From an uncultured Gemmatimonadales bacterium (GTDB lineage: Bacteria > Gemmatimonadota > Gemmatimonadetes > Longimicrobiales > RSA9), in NCBI GenBank assembly GCA_963798085.1, contig CAWCRS010000003.1:96001-160000 (forward strand): DNA of 64,000 bases, read 5' to 3'. Shown here in pieces: positions 29,298-40,066 of the stretch (positions are counted from its first letter, which is position 1; every line of letters begins with the position of its first letter). A program made the translations under genes and the position numbers. A model generated the notes under the pieces. It did no database searches. It was not told where the DNA came from and worked only from the letters and a program-made list of their open reading frames with translations.

Positions 29298-30223
29298 GGG
29301 TGCGGCCCGCCGCCGCGCGCGGGATTCAGCAGCAGCGGCATGCCGTTCTGCGTGGGCGCGATCACCAGCGTTCCCTGCGGCAGGTTCTGCAGTGCCTCAA
29401 TGTAGCGCAGCATCAGATAACGATCTGTCAGGTCCACGTTGATGATCTTCTGCGCCTCCGCAATGCCCTTCGCCTCCTCGATCTTCTGCTTCGCCTTCTC
29501 CTGGATGATCTCCGTCTGGAAGCGCTCCGACGACACCTGCTGCTCCCGCGCCAGCTTCGCTTCGATCGCGTCCTTCACCGTGGGCGGCGCCTGGATGTCG
29601 CGCACGAAGACATCCAGCACTGTGATGCGGTCGCCCGCCTTGGCCTGGATCGCTTCCTTCATGGCCACGGCCACATCACGGCGGTTGGGCGAGAATACTT
29701 CGTTGATCGACTTGGTCGCGATCGCATCACGCACTCCGTTGCGCACCGCGTTCAGCACGATGCGGTTCTTGATCTGCGCTTCGCTGCCCAAGCGCTGGTA
29801 CAGCTCCGGCGCGCGCGCGCCATCAATGCGATAGAGAATGGAAACCTCGAGCGTGACCGTGAGCTGCTCGCTGGTCTGTGCATCCATCCGCTCGATGCCG
29901 CCGTCGATCGGGAAGTTCTGCTCGCGGATCGACATCTTCTCGATGCTCGCCATGGGATTCACGAAGTGCACGCCCTGATCCAGCACGGCGGGATCGACGC
30001 GTCCCAGGAAGTGCTTCACGCCCACCTCACCCACATCGATGAGCGTGACGCCCGAGGTGAGCAGCAGGAAGGCACCCAGGATCATCACGAAAGTCCCCGC
30101 GAGGCGTACGGCGGCAGGCGAATGGCGGGTGCGCTTCGCGCTGGTGTCTGCCGTGGCGCGGCCCAGCAGTCGCACAGCGGTTCCGACCAGGAGCATCATG
30201 ATGCCCAGCAGCACTTCACCCAT
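29294..30223 (-). CDS. SPFH/prohibitin family membrane protein
   Basis: Two N-terminal TM helices, GEVGV..FLG.V, VRDI..P..V.DAIEAK, EAKGIAEAQ. Confidence 0.88.
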   Translation of the reverse strand: MGEVLLGIMMLLVGTAVRLLGRATADTSAKRTRHSPAAVRLAGTFVMILGAFLLLTSGVTLIDVGEVGVKHFLGRVDPAVLDQGVHFVNPMASIEKMSIREQNFPIDGGIERMDAQTSEQLTVTLEVSILYRIDGARAPELYQRLGSEAQIKNRIVLNAVRNGVRDAIATKSINEVFSPNRRDVAVAMKEAIQAKAGDRITVLDVFVRDIQAPPTVKDAIEAKLAREQQVSSERFQTEIIQEKAKQKIEEAKGIAEAQKIINVDLTDRYLMLRYIEALQNLPQGTLVIAPTQNGMPLLLNPARGGGPHP

Positions 30224-30407
30224 TACCCCCTCCTTGCAGTGCGCGCGAGCGCGCGGGGAGAATGCGGGACAAGCTACTCGCCCCGCCCCATGCCGGTCCA
30301 ACCCGATCGCGCTTGTCTCCCATATTGCCGGCGTCGAGACTGATGCCATGCTCGACACCTGTGGGCGAGAGTCTCGCCGCCCCGAGCCGGGGCGCGGGCG
30401 TCCGGCC

Positions 30408-31292
30408 ATGCTCCCGTGTACGCTCGCCGTTGCCAGCCTGATCGTGACGCTGCTCGCGTGTGGTGCAGGCGACGCACCGCCCGCCGCGTCTTCGGCGTTG
30501 CCTCCAACCCGCGGCTCGGCCGGCGCAGCAACCGCGACAGCTTCGTCCACACCAGCGGCGCCCGCCGCCGCTCTCGACAGTCTGCCGCCGGGCGCGCTGG
30601 TCGAGCAGATGCTGACGTTCGATTATCCGCCGGGCGACACCGCGCTGGACTGCGTGCCGCTCGATCCGGTGTTGCCCGTGAACCCCAACGATGTCAACGC
30701 GAAGCTGCGGGATGGCGAGCGCTGGCGCTGCTCCCTCGCCGCGGGCGAGGACGTGACCATCGTCCTCGCCGTCGATTCCATGGAGGGCGGGCTCACCTAC
30801 ATCAAGGACCTGCGCGCGCTGTACGCCGACGGCTCCACGCAGGACCTCGGCGGAGCAGGCGCCGAACCGCCGCCCCGCGGCGAAGCGTTTCTGCATACGA
30901 TCGACCTGGACTTCGACGGCACGCGCGAGCTGGGCCTGCTGGAGTGGTGGGGCGCCACAGGCAACGAGGGCTGGCAGTACTGGCGCTGGCAGTCGGCGAC
31001 GCACCGGCTGGTGGACGACACCGTGCTGACGAACCTCGGCAACCCCGAACCGCTCGCCGGCACGCACTGTCTGCGCACCCACGGTGTGGGCGGCATGGCA
31101 GGTATGATCCACAGCATGGAAGTGGGGTGCTGGCAGGGCGGCCGGCTGGTGACCGTCGGAGCGGAGAACCAGAGCTGGAACGACACGATCCACGCGTTTC
31201 TGCGTTACCTCAGCACGCGCCGTCCGGGTGCCGGCGCACTGACCCTCCTGCGCATTGACACGGTCCGCGACTCACTCTGGAAGCAGCCGTAG
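30408..31292 (+). CDS. Lipoprotein with DxDFDG motif (XAC2610-like suspected)
   Basis: LLAC lipobox, Ala/Pro linker, IDLDFDGTRELGL, GATGN...YW. Confidence 0.6.
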   Translation: MLPCTLAVASLIVTLLACGAGDAPPAASSALPPTRGSAGAATATASSTPAAPAAALDSLPPGALVEQMLTFDYPPGDTALDCVPLDPVLPVNPNDVNAKLRDGERWRCSLAAGEDVTIVLAVDSMEGGLTYIKDLRALYADGSTQDLGGAGAEPPPRGEAFLHTIDLDFDGTRELGLLEWWGATGNEGWQYWRWQSATHRLVDDTVLTNLGNPEPLAGTHCLRTHGVGGMAGMIHSMEVGCWQGGRLVTVGAENQSWNDTIHAFLRYLSTRRPGAGALTLLRIDTVRDSLWKQP

Positions 31293-31331
31293 GCCCCGAC
31301 GTCCGGACCGTCCTGGCGTTCGTCTTTGGAC

Positions 31332-31549
31332 CCGGACCGTCTTGGCGTTGTTGGGTTTGGCCAATGCAGACATTGCCGCGGCAGCGAGGTCGGCCGGATC
31401 TACCACGCTGTTGCTCCTGGCCGCCATGGAGTCCTGGCGTCTGACGGTTAGAATGGCGTGTAGCGCAGCACCAGGACGGTAGTGTGCCCCGGCGTCGCCT
31501 CCGGGGATAGCTGAATGTGGCCTAAGGAAAGAACGCCAAGACGGTCCGG
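31332..31549. repeat. 218-bp segment bounded by perfect 18-bp inverted repeats (MITE-like or structured RNA)
   Basis: ccggaccgtcttggcgtt (31332-31349) / aacgccaagacggtccgg (31532-31549); extra direct copy at 31303-31320. Confidence 0.75.
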
Positions 31550-31672
31550 CGTGCCCGCCACCCCCCACCCCCCTATATTCCCGCACCTCGGCCGCAAGGC
31601 AACGACGCGGGCGCCGCCGCCTCCCGGCGCGCTCCCGCCGCCTCTGCCCACTCACCTGCACGGGGGCCCCCC

Positions 31673-34600
31673 ATGTCTTCCAACCGTGTGTTAGGCATCA
31701 GTCTGCCACTGCTGCCCTTCGCGTTCCTGCTGGCCTCCGCACGGCCCGCAGGACCACCACCCACCGCCAGGGCCGCGGATCCCATCCACTTCATGCGCGA
31801 TCCGCAGTTCTACGGCGGCACCATCGCCTTCTCCTACCAGGGCGATCTCTGGCTGGTGAACGCCGACGGCAGCAATCCCCGCCGGCTCACCGCCAACCCC
31901 GCACACGATGTGACGCCACGCTTCTCGCCCGATGGCAAGTGGATCGCATTCTCCAGCGATCGCCAGGGCAACATGGACGTCTACGTGATGCCCGCCGCCG
32001 GTGGCGAGCCGAAGCAGCTGACCTGGTATCCCGGCGACGACCTCGTGCAGTACTGGACGCCCGACGGCAAAGGCGTCGTCATCACCTCGAACCGCAGCAG
32101 CCACCCGTTCGGCTCACCGCTCTACGTCGTGCCCATCGATGGTGGCATTCCCACCGCGATGCCCATGGACTTCGGCCGTTCGGGCATGCTGAAGCAGGAT
32201 GCCACGCTGGTCGCCTTCGATCGCTTCGGCATGAACGACACGCGTCACGGCTACCGCGGCAACAACAGCGGCGATGTCTGGGTCGAGGACCTGCGCACGA
32301 AGAAGTTCACACAGCTGACGGACCCCAGCCTGGACGACTTCCGCCAGCACGTGCAGGACGGCAAGCCAATGTGGGGCGCGGACGGCATGATCTACTTCTC
32401 CTCCGAGCGCAGCGGCATCTTCAACATCTGGAAGATCAGCCCCACCGGCGGCGCACCCGTGCAGGTGACGAACCACCGCACGGGCGGCATCAAGTACCCG
32501 TCCATCAGCCCCGACGGCAAGACCATCACGTACACGGAGGACTACGAGCTGTACACGCTGGACGTGCCCGGTGGACAGCCGCACAAGGTCACGGTGAACC
32601 TGTCCGTGGACCCGCCTGACAACCTGTTCGAGTACGTGCGCAGCGACAATCGCGCCGACGGCTTCTCGCCCTCGCCCGCTGGCGATCAGCTGGCGGTGGA
32701 TTTCCGCGGCGAGATCTTCGTCGTGCCCGCGGATGCCGAGCTGGGCGACAAGACGCAGGTCACGCACTCGCCTCGCCGTGAGCGCTTCGAGCAGTTCTCG
32801 CCCGATGGCAAACAGCTGGCGTACATCTCGGACGAGAGCGGCGATGAAGAAGTCTGGGTGTGGGACGCCACCACCGGCACGAAGCGCCAGCTCTCGCACC
32901 ACGAGTCCTACAAGAACGACTTCCTGTGGTCGCCCGACGGCTCGCACATCGCTTTTGTCGGCGCTAACCGACTGTTCGAGATCGACGTGGCCGCCGCGAA
33001 GCAGCGCGAGCTGGAGTACAACATTGCCGGCGGCTACAACCTCAACGACTACTCGCCCGACGGCAAATGGCTCCTCTACACACGCAGCGATGCGGACCAG
33101 AACTCCGATGTCTACCTCTACGACATCACGGCCGCGAAGGAGTACGACCTCACGCCGAATCCATTCCGCGATCTGGGCGGGGAGCTGACGCCCGACGGGC
33201 GCAACCTGGTCTTCGAGTCCAACCGCGATGGCGGCACCAACCACCTGTTTGTCGTGTCCCTCGCCAAGCTGTCCGAGGACCCCGAAGACCCGCTCGTGCG
33301 CGCCCGGCACCGCTCGCCCGACGAGCAGGGCGGCGGCGGCCGTGGCGGCCAGGGCGGCGGCGGTGGTGCTGCAGTGCCGCAGGCCGGCCCCATCCACGTC
33401 GATGCCGATGGCATCGCGGACCGCGCCATCCAGCTGACCAGCGGCGACAACGGCGTCGGCCAGTTCTTCGTGTCGCGCGACGGCCGCACCATCTACTTCA
33501 CATCATCGCCGACAACGAAGGCCCGGCTCTGTTCGCCATCGGCATCGATGGCCGCGACCGCAGACGCGTCGCGGCCGGCGGCTTCGGCGCGCTCCAGCCC
33601 TCCCGCGACCGCCGCTGGATCTTCTACCGCCAGGGTGGCGCGGGCGGCCGCGGCGGCGGCCGCGGCCGCGGCGCCGGTCCGGGCGGCGGCGGCAACGGCA
33701 ACATCTACCGCATGTCCCGAACGGACAACCCCACCCGCAGCCGGTTAACTTCGCGTTTACGGTCGAGGTCGACCGCCGGGGCGAGTGGGCGCAGATCCTG
33801 GACGAGTCGTGGCGTGTCATGAAGTACCGCTTCTACGACCCCAACCTGAACGGCCGCGACTGGAACGGCGCACGCGCGCAGTACTCCGCCATGCTCAGGG
33901 ACGTCGCCAGCTATGAGGAGGTCTACGACCTGGCCAATGCCATGATCGGCGAACTGAACGCGTCGCACGTGGGCGTGAGCGGCCCGCCCAGCCGGCCCGA
34001 GCCCGCCAGCCTGCGTGCACACTACCTCGGCCTCGAGCTGGAACCCGCCAACGGCCGCTACCGCATCAGCACCATCTACCACGGCGGCCCCGCCGACAAG
34101 GAATGGCTGGGCATCGCAACAGGCGATTACGTCCTCGCCATCGACGGCACCGAGCTGAAGGCCGGCGACAATTACTGGAAGATCCTGAACCACGCGGTCA
34201 ACGACTTCATTCCCGTGCGTGTGGCAAAGAGCGCGAACGGCGATGGCACCCGTGACGTGCGTATCCACGCCGTCGAGTCCATGAACAACCTGAAGTACGA
34301 GAACTGGGTCGCCACCAACCGCGCGTTCGTGGACAAGGAGACGAACAAGCAGATCGCCTACGTCCACATTCGCGCCATGGACCAGCCATCGCTCGAGCGC
34401 TTCCGCAACGAGATCGACAGCTACTGGAACGCCAAGGGCATCATCGTCGACATCCGCTACAACGGCGGCGGCAACATCGATCAGGAGCTGCTCGACATCC
34501 TGCAGCGCCAGCCGTACCAGTTCTGGAACAGCCGCTGGGGCGCCCGTACCTGGGGGCGCCGCCCTCGCCAGGCCATAGCCGGACCCAAGGTGCTGCTCAC

Positions 34601-34967
34601 GAATCACCGCTCCGCTTCCGACAGCGAAGTCACACCCATGGGCTTCCGCCAGCTCGGCCTGGGCCGCATCGTGGGCACGCCCACCGCGGCCGCGGTCATC
34701 GCAACAGGCAGTTATGCGCTGATCAATGGCGGCTCCATCCGCACGCCGGGCTCACTCGTAATCACATACGATCCCACGAAGCCCAACAACTACGGCGTGA
34801 ACCTGGAGAACTACGGCGTCGCCCCCGATGTGATGGTGCGCAACACACCCGAGGATGAGCTGCGTGGCTTCGACCGCGAACTGAAAACCGCCATCGATGA
34901 AGCCATGCGCATGCTCAAGGAAGGCAAGTACCAGTTCAACGCGACACAGCAGAATGGCGGGAAATAG
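31673..34967 (+). CDS. Tricorn-like S41 protease (PD40 propellers, PDZ, S41), frameshifts near 33500 and 33740
   Basis: FSYQGDLW, repeated SPDGK, GELNASH, AYVHI, DIRYNGGG, SASDSE catalytic Ser, LENYGVAPD. Confidence 0.92.
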
Positions 34968-34983
34968 CTGCTAACGGCGAAGG

Positions 34984-35314
34984 CGTTGCTGGGGCTGGGG
35001 CTGGGGCTGGGGCTGGTTGCTGGGGAACGGACTGAAGCGGCGCCCATCGCTTGGGCCGGGGAACTCTCGAGTCGGGCCGCTTCCGGTGCGTGTGTTTCAG
35101 GCGACGATGTTCCGCCTGGATTCACGCGCACCGCCGCCTCCGCCGCGTACGAGTGTTCGCGGTCAACACGTACCGGGAGTCACTTCTCCAGCGGCACACC
35201 CAGGAACACTGTCGTCCGTTCCCGAGCAACCAGCCCAGCAACCAGCCCCAGCAACGACTTCAATCCGTTCGACACTTCCGTTCCCCAGCGCCCCAGCCCC
35301 AGCCCCAGAAGACG
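34984..35314. repeat. Cluster of three (GGGGCT)n-type repeats: 34984-35030 G-rich; 35216-35256 and 35278-35314 C-rich
   Basis: Perfect (GGGGCT)4 at 34991-35014; inverted partners downstream; lies between convergent genes. Confidence 0.9.
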
Positions 35315-35323
35315 GTCTCGCGA

Positions 35324-35863
35324 TCACTCAACCAGCGCCGCCAGCTTGAGAACGGTGTTCCAGTTCCGCGCGGTACCGCGCGTGTCCAGCTTCTTCTCGA
35401 TCAGCGCAGTCGTCAGTTTCGAGCGACCGACCCCGTCCGGGTACACCAGGTAGACGTGCCGGCCGCCCGTGCCGCGCACGGCCTCGCGACCCGATATCGC
35501 CTGGGCCAGCGCCTTGATGCGTGCGGAGGTGGGTGCTGACTTCAGTGTCATCACGAGCAGATGGCCGGGATCGGCCTTCGCTGCGGCGGGAAACGGATTG
35601 CCTTCAGTGACGGCGCGCCATTCCTTCGCGCTGCGCACGAAGAAGTCGGTCGCTACGCCCAGCTGCTCCTTGGTCGCGTCCTCCAGCAGCTTCTCCAGCC
35701 GGTCGGCGCGCTGATCACTGCGGAACACCAGGTTGCCGCTCTGCAGCAGCGTGCGCGGCTCCTCCAGGCCCAGGTCCTGGGCGAGGGCGCGCAGATCCGC
35801 CATGCCCACCTTGTTGAGGCCCGCCAGATTCACGGCCCGCAGCAGCGCGATGTGCATCGCCAT
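35324..35863 (-). CDS. DUF1697 family protein
   Basis: ALLRAVNLAG..KV.MADL, TLLQSGNLVF, GTARNWNTVLKL. Confidence 0.88.
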   Translation of the reverse strand: MAMHIALLRAVNLAGLNKVGMADLRALAQDLGLEEPRTLLQSGNLVFRSDQRADRLEKLLEDATKEQLGVATDFFVRSAKEWRAVTEGNPFPAAAKADPGHLLVMTLKSAPTSARIKALAQAISGREAVRGTGGRHVYLVYPDGVGRSKLTTALIEKKLDTRGTARNWNTVLKLAALVE

Positions 35864-36179
35864 CAAATCGACCTCCGGATCACGTTCGTTCACGCCCACT
35901 GCCAGTGGAATCCTCAAAACGAGGATCGCACGAACGGCACTCCCACCCCACCCACCCAAATGGAGCAGAGAATCCCGTCGCTGCGTGTGACCTTGATGCG
36001 CGACGGTGGGGGACAGTGGTTTTCCGGTTGCGCCGGGCGCGCCCGACCCGCCCAGCCGGTGGTTGCCCTCCTGCCCAGCGCCAGCGTGAGCACGGCCGCG
36101 GCGCATCACCGCTGTGCTGGAAGGGGAGAACTGACGCGCGATTAGCAACTGTCCCTCGCCCCGCGCAGCGCCTTGACCG

Positions 36180-36650
36180 TCAGCGTGGCACGCGCGGCAC
36201 CCAGCGTGGCACCCTGCGACAGTACTCCCGGTACGCTTCGCCGAATCTCCGCAGCAGCGCCGGCTCCTCGTAGAAGCGCACGAACAGATACTGCAACAGC
36301 ATGAGGATGACGAGATAGATCAGCAGATTGCGCGAGCGATAGAGCAGCGCTTCGCCCAGCACCGCACTCCACACGCCCAGATACATGGGATTGCGCACCC
36401 AGCGGTAAAGCCCGCGCATCACCAGTCGCTTCGGCGGGTCGATGGGCGCCGGCGTCGCCATGCCCGTGCGCGCGAAGTGCCAGAGACACCAGAAGTAGAT
36501 GGCCCCGCCCAGTGCCGCGAACACCAGACCAATCGCACGCCAGCCGCTCACGGCAAACGCCGCCTCCGGCTCGCGCACCAGCGCCGGCAGCCACAGCACG
36601 ACAGACCCCGGCACCACCACCGTGAACAGCAGGTTCTTCAGCAGCAGCAC
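36180..36650 (-). CDS. Isoprenylcysteine carboxyl methyltransferase (ICMT/PEMT) family membrane protein
   Basis: TPAP.DPP.RLV..GLYRWVRNPMY, EEPAL.RRFG..Y..YC..VPRW. Confidence 0.88.
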   Translation of the reverse strand: MLLLKNLLFTVVVPGSVVLWLPALVREPEAAFAVSGWRAIGLVFAALGGAIYFWCLWHFARTGMATPAPIDPPKRLVMRGLYRWVRNPMYLGVWSAVLGEALLYRSRNLLIYLVILMLLQYLFVRFYEEPALLRRFGEAYREYCRRVPRWVPRVPR

Positions 36651-36829
36651 CGGCCACCTCCTTCACTGACCGTCCATTACGGTCGAACCTGCGCCCTGCT
36701 CAAACTTCACTCCTCATCGCCCGCGCACAACCGCCGAAAGCGCTGTGGCCCACGGGGCGCTGCGTGGGCCCCCGCGCCGCCAGCACGCCTGCGCGAGAAG
36801 GCAGGCGCAACAACCGATGCCTCGCGAAT

Positions 36830-36870
36830 CCGTTCCCGAGCAACCAGCCCGAGCCCCAGCCTCAGAAACG
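36830..36870 (-). repeat. (GGGGCT)n-type repeat, C-rich orientation
   Basis: ccgttcccgagcaaccagcccgagccccagcctcagaaacg. Confidence 0.85.
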
Positions 36871-36894
36871 AACCAGCCATCGGCCCCTCGCTTC

Positions 36895-36935
36895 TTGTCC
36901 TGCCGGCCGCACGCTCCATATTGCCTACACGTAGA
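36895..36935 (+). promoter_or_regulatory. Putative promoter and operator of the first padR
   Basis: TTGTCC-N16-CATATT then CTAC-AC-GTAG dyad (36925-36934) just before the ATG. Confidence 0.4.
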
Positions 36936-36939
36936 CGCC

Positions 36940-37263
36940 ATGACGACCTCGCACTTCACCACCAGCGTCCTGCTCGCGATCCGCGAGCTCGACAACAATG
37001 CCTCCACCGTCGCCATCCGCAACGGCATCGAGGCACGGACGGGCCGCGCCGTCGCGCGTGGCGCGCTCTACACAACGCTCGCCCGCCTCGAAGACAAGGG
37101 CTGGCTGCGCTCGCGCATGGGCGAGAGCACACCCGTCCGCGGCGGCAAGCGCAAACGCTACTACCGCCTCACGCCCGCGGGCGTACGCGCCCTGGCCGAT
37201 GCGCGCGACGCGCTGACGGAAAACTGGCGCAGTCTCGGCCGGCTGCTCGACGATCTGCCATGA
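36940..37263 (+). CDS. PadR family transcriptional regulator
   Basis: GALYTTLARLEDKGWL.S..GE.TP.RGGKRKRYY.LT..G. Confidence 0.9.
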   Translation: MTTSHFTTSVLLAIRELDNNASTVAIRNGIEARTGRAVARGALYTTLARLEDKGWLRSRMGESTPVRGGKRKRYYRLTPAGVRALADARDALTENWRSLGRLLDDLP

Positions 37264-39896
37264 AGCCCTCGCGCCTGCCGCCCCGGCTCGCAGTTCGCCT
37301 CATCGAGCGACTGCTGCCGGCGGGTGATTTCCGTGAAGCGCTGCTGGGTGATCTGCAGGAGGAATTCCTGCAGGCGAAGCAGCGCACGCGCTCGACCGCC
37401 GCGCTCTGGTACTGGTGGCATCTCGTGCTGCTGCTCCCATCGCTGTTGCGCACCGGCGCCCTGCTGCAACGCGGACAACCAACACGTCGCAAGGAGTCCA
37501 TCGTGGATACGTTGCGCAATGATGTGCGTTTCGCACTGCGCATGCTGCGGCGACGGCGGGCCTTCGCCTTCATTGCGCTGTTCACGATCGCGCTGGGCAT
37601 CGGATCCGCCACTGCCATCTTCAGTGTCGTCGATGGCGTATTGCTGCGCAGCCTGCCGTTTCCCGCGCCGGACCAGCTGGTGTCCGTGTACCGCTCGATT
37701 CCCCGATGGCGGGACGATCCCTTGTTCAAGGGGACCTGGGAGCAGGTCCCTCTCGCCTGGCCGGAATTCCGCGAATTCCGCGATCAGCAGTCGACCTTCG
37801 TCGCCGCAGGCGGCTGGCTGCTGGGCAGCGAAACGATCTCCGACGACAACGGCCCGCAGCTGGCCGAGGTCCTGCGTGCCACTGGTTCCCTGCTGACCGT
37901 GCTCGGCCTCGCACCCCGCGTGGGCCGCACCTTCCGTGTCGAGGAGGAAGGCTGGCCCGTCACCCGCGTGGTGATGATAACCGAAGAGTTATGGCGCTCG
38001 CGCTATGGCAGTCGTCCGGACATCACTTCGCAGTCCGTCACCCTGAGCGGCGACCGCTACGCCATCATCGGCGTGCTGCCCGCGGGCCTGCACGTGCCCC
38101 GCCTCCAGCAAACACCGGGTTACTGGGTGCCGGCCGGCAGTCGCGCGCGCGACACGACCCGTGAGGATCTGAACTACGAAACCATTGCCCGCCTCCGCTC
38201 CGGCGTAACCATGGAGCAGGCGAGGCTGGAAGCGGCGCGCATCTTCCGCTTCGGCGGACCGCCCGAGGCAGGCGACGCCCGCCTCGCCAGCCTGCAGGCG
38301 GACGCGGTGAAGAATGTGCGTCCGCCCTTCCTGCTGCTCCTGACCGCTGCCGGCCTGCTGCTGTTCATCAGCTGCGTCAACGTCGCGGCACTGATGCTGG
38401 GTGAGAACGCGTCGCGCGACGGCGAGCTGGCGTCGCGCATGGCGCTCGGCGCAGCGCGCGGTCGCCTGATCCAGCAATTGCTGACCGAGCAGGTCGTGCT
38501 CGCACTCGGCGGCGCACTGCTCGGCCTGCTGTTCGCGCACTGGGCGACACGCATGCTCGTGGCTCTCGCCCCTCCCGGAACGCCTCGCCTCGATGAGGTC
38601 GCCGTGAACTGGCGCAGCGCACTGTTCGCGCTCGCGGCGGCGCTCAGCACGGCGCTGCTCTTCGGCGTCGCGCCGGCTTTCACACTGGTGCAGGGAAATG
38701 TCAGCGCGGTGCTGCGTTCCACCCGCATGAGTCAGCGCCGGGGCAGGCTGCAGCGCACCGCTGTGGCCGTGCAGCTGGCGCTCGCCGTGGTGCTCCTCGC
38801 CGGCGCCACGCTGCTGGTGCGCAGCCTGCTTCGCCTGCGCAGCGAGCCCGTCGGCTTCCGCGCGCAGCGCCTGGTGCACGTGCAGCCCTTCCTCGGAGCG
38901 AACTACGCGCAGAGCCTGCAGCAGCGCGCCTTCTTCACGCAGGTGCTGGCCAGCGTTGCCGCACTGCCCGGCGTCGAGGCCGCGACCGTCAGTTCCAGCG
39001 TGCCGTTCACCGATGGCGGCAGCGGCACGACCATCGAAATCGATCATGATGGCACGCCGCAGAAGAGCGCGGCCCAGTGGCGTGTGGTGATGCCGCAATA
39101 CCTCCAAACACTGGGCTTGCCCCTGCTCGAAGGCCGTGACTTCACGCCCGCCGACAACGCGGGCAGTGCGCGCGTTACGCTGGTGAGCGCTTCCCTCGCC
39201 CGCAGCGCATGGCCCGGGCGGTCTGCCGTGGGCCAGCGGCTGCGCGTCGATAACGAGTGGCGCGAAGTGGTCGGGGTTGTAGGCGACGTGCGCTTCCGCA
39301 GTCTTGCGCAGCCTCTACCCGCTACGTTCTATCTGCCTGCGGAACAGACCAGGCGGGCAGGCTTCGACATCGTACTGCGTGTGAATGGCGATCCGGCAGC
39401 AGCCATCGCTGCCGTCCGGCAGCGCATCCATATTGTCGACCCCACCGTCGCGATCTTCCGCGCCGAGGTCGTATCCACACTCATCGAGCGCACGCTCGCG
39501 CCGCAGCGTTTCCGCACCGCCATCACCGCCTTCTTCGCCATCATCGCGGCGCTGCTCACGGGCGCGGGCCTGTACGGCGTCGCTTCTGATGCGGTCATGC
39601 GCCGCCTGCGCGAGATGGCCATCCGCATGGCGCTGGGCGCAAGTGGCACGTCTGTGGTTCGCCTCATGGTGCGCGCCACCACCACGGTGGGCCTGGCCGG
39701 CGCCCTCGCCGGCGTGCTGGGCGCACGGCTCGGCGCGCGCGCGCTGCGGCCCTTCCTCTACCAGGTGGGCCCGGCCGATCCGCTGTCCTATCTGCTTGTT
39801 AGTGCGGCCGCTCTGCTGCTCACCATGCTGGCCGCCTGGATCCCGGCCCGCCGCGCCGCACGCACTCAGCCCGCCGAGCTGCTGCGCTCCGACTGA
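37260..39896 (+). CDS. ADOP-type duplicated ABC permease (MacB/FtsX-like x2)
   Basis: PPRLA...GDL.EEF prefix, DVRFALRML, ALGIG..TAIFSVVDGVLLR.LP, two RMALGA motifs, PARRAAR..P; ATGA overlap with padR. Confidence 0.9.
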   Translation: MKPSRLPPRLAVRLIERLLPAGDFREALLGDLQEEFLQAKQRTRSTAALWYWWHLVLLLPSLLRTGALLQRGQPTRRKESIVDTLRNDVRFALRMLRRRRAFAFIALFTIALGIGSATAIFSVVDGVLLRSLPFPAPDQLVSVYRSIPRWRDDPLFKGTWEQVPLAWPEFREFRDQQSTFVAAGGWLLGSETISDDNGPQLAEVLRATGSLLTVLGLAPRVGRTFRVEEEGWPVTRVVMITEELWRSRYGSRPDITSQSVTLSGDRYAIIGVLPAGLHVPRLQQTPGYWVPAGSRARDTTREDLNYETIARLRSGVTMEQARLEAARIFRFGGPPEAGDARLASLQADAVKNVRPPFLLLLTAAGLLLFISCVNVAALMLGENASRDGELASRMALGAARGRLIQQLLTEQVVLALGGALLGLLFAHWATRMLVALAPPGTPRLDEVAVNWRSALFALAAALSTALLFGVAPAFTLVQGNVSAVLRSTRMSQRRGRLQRTAVAVQLALAVVLLAGATLLVRSLLRLRSEPVGFRAQRLVHVQPFLGANYAQSLQQRAFFTQVLASVAALPGVEAATVSSSVPFTDGGSGTTIEIDHDGTPQKSAAQWRVVMPQYLQTLGLPLLEGRDFTPADNAGSARVTLVSASLARSAWPGRSAVGQRLRVDNEWREVVGVVGDVRFRSLAQPLPATFYLPAEQTRRAGFDIVLRVNGDPAAAIAAVRQRIHIVDPTVAIFRAEVVSTLIERTLAPQRFRTAITAFFAIIAALLTGAGLYGVASDAVMRRLREMAIRMALGASGTSVVRLMVRATTTVGLAGALAGVLGARLGARALRPFLYQVGPADPLSYLLVSAAALLLTMLAAWIPARRAARTQPAELLRSD

Positions 39897-40066
39897 TGCG
39901 GCGACCGGGCTCACCGGGTAATCAGCCCCCACGATCTCCCTCGTGCGTCGAGCGCCGGCGGGTCGAATACCGTTGTCGTTCGGCCAGTCTTGCTGGGGAT
40001 ACTTCGCACGTGCCATTGTGGGCGTCACCATTTTCACCCAGCAGGGGAGAAGCCGGTCCGGATGCC

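Noticed and set aside
36477..37259. Long N-terminal extension of the first ADOP permease
   Set aside because: Overlaps padR in another frame; the ATGA-coupled start at 37260 fits better
39943..40060. WGYFARAIVG as an IS200/RAYT transposase remnant
   Set aside because: Only a vague few-residue resemblance, with no HUH motif or supporting frame
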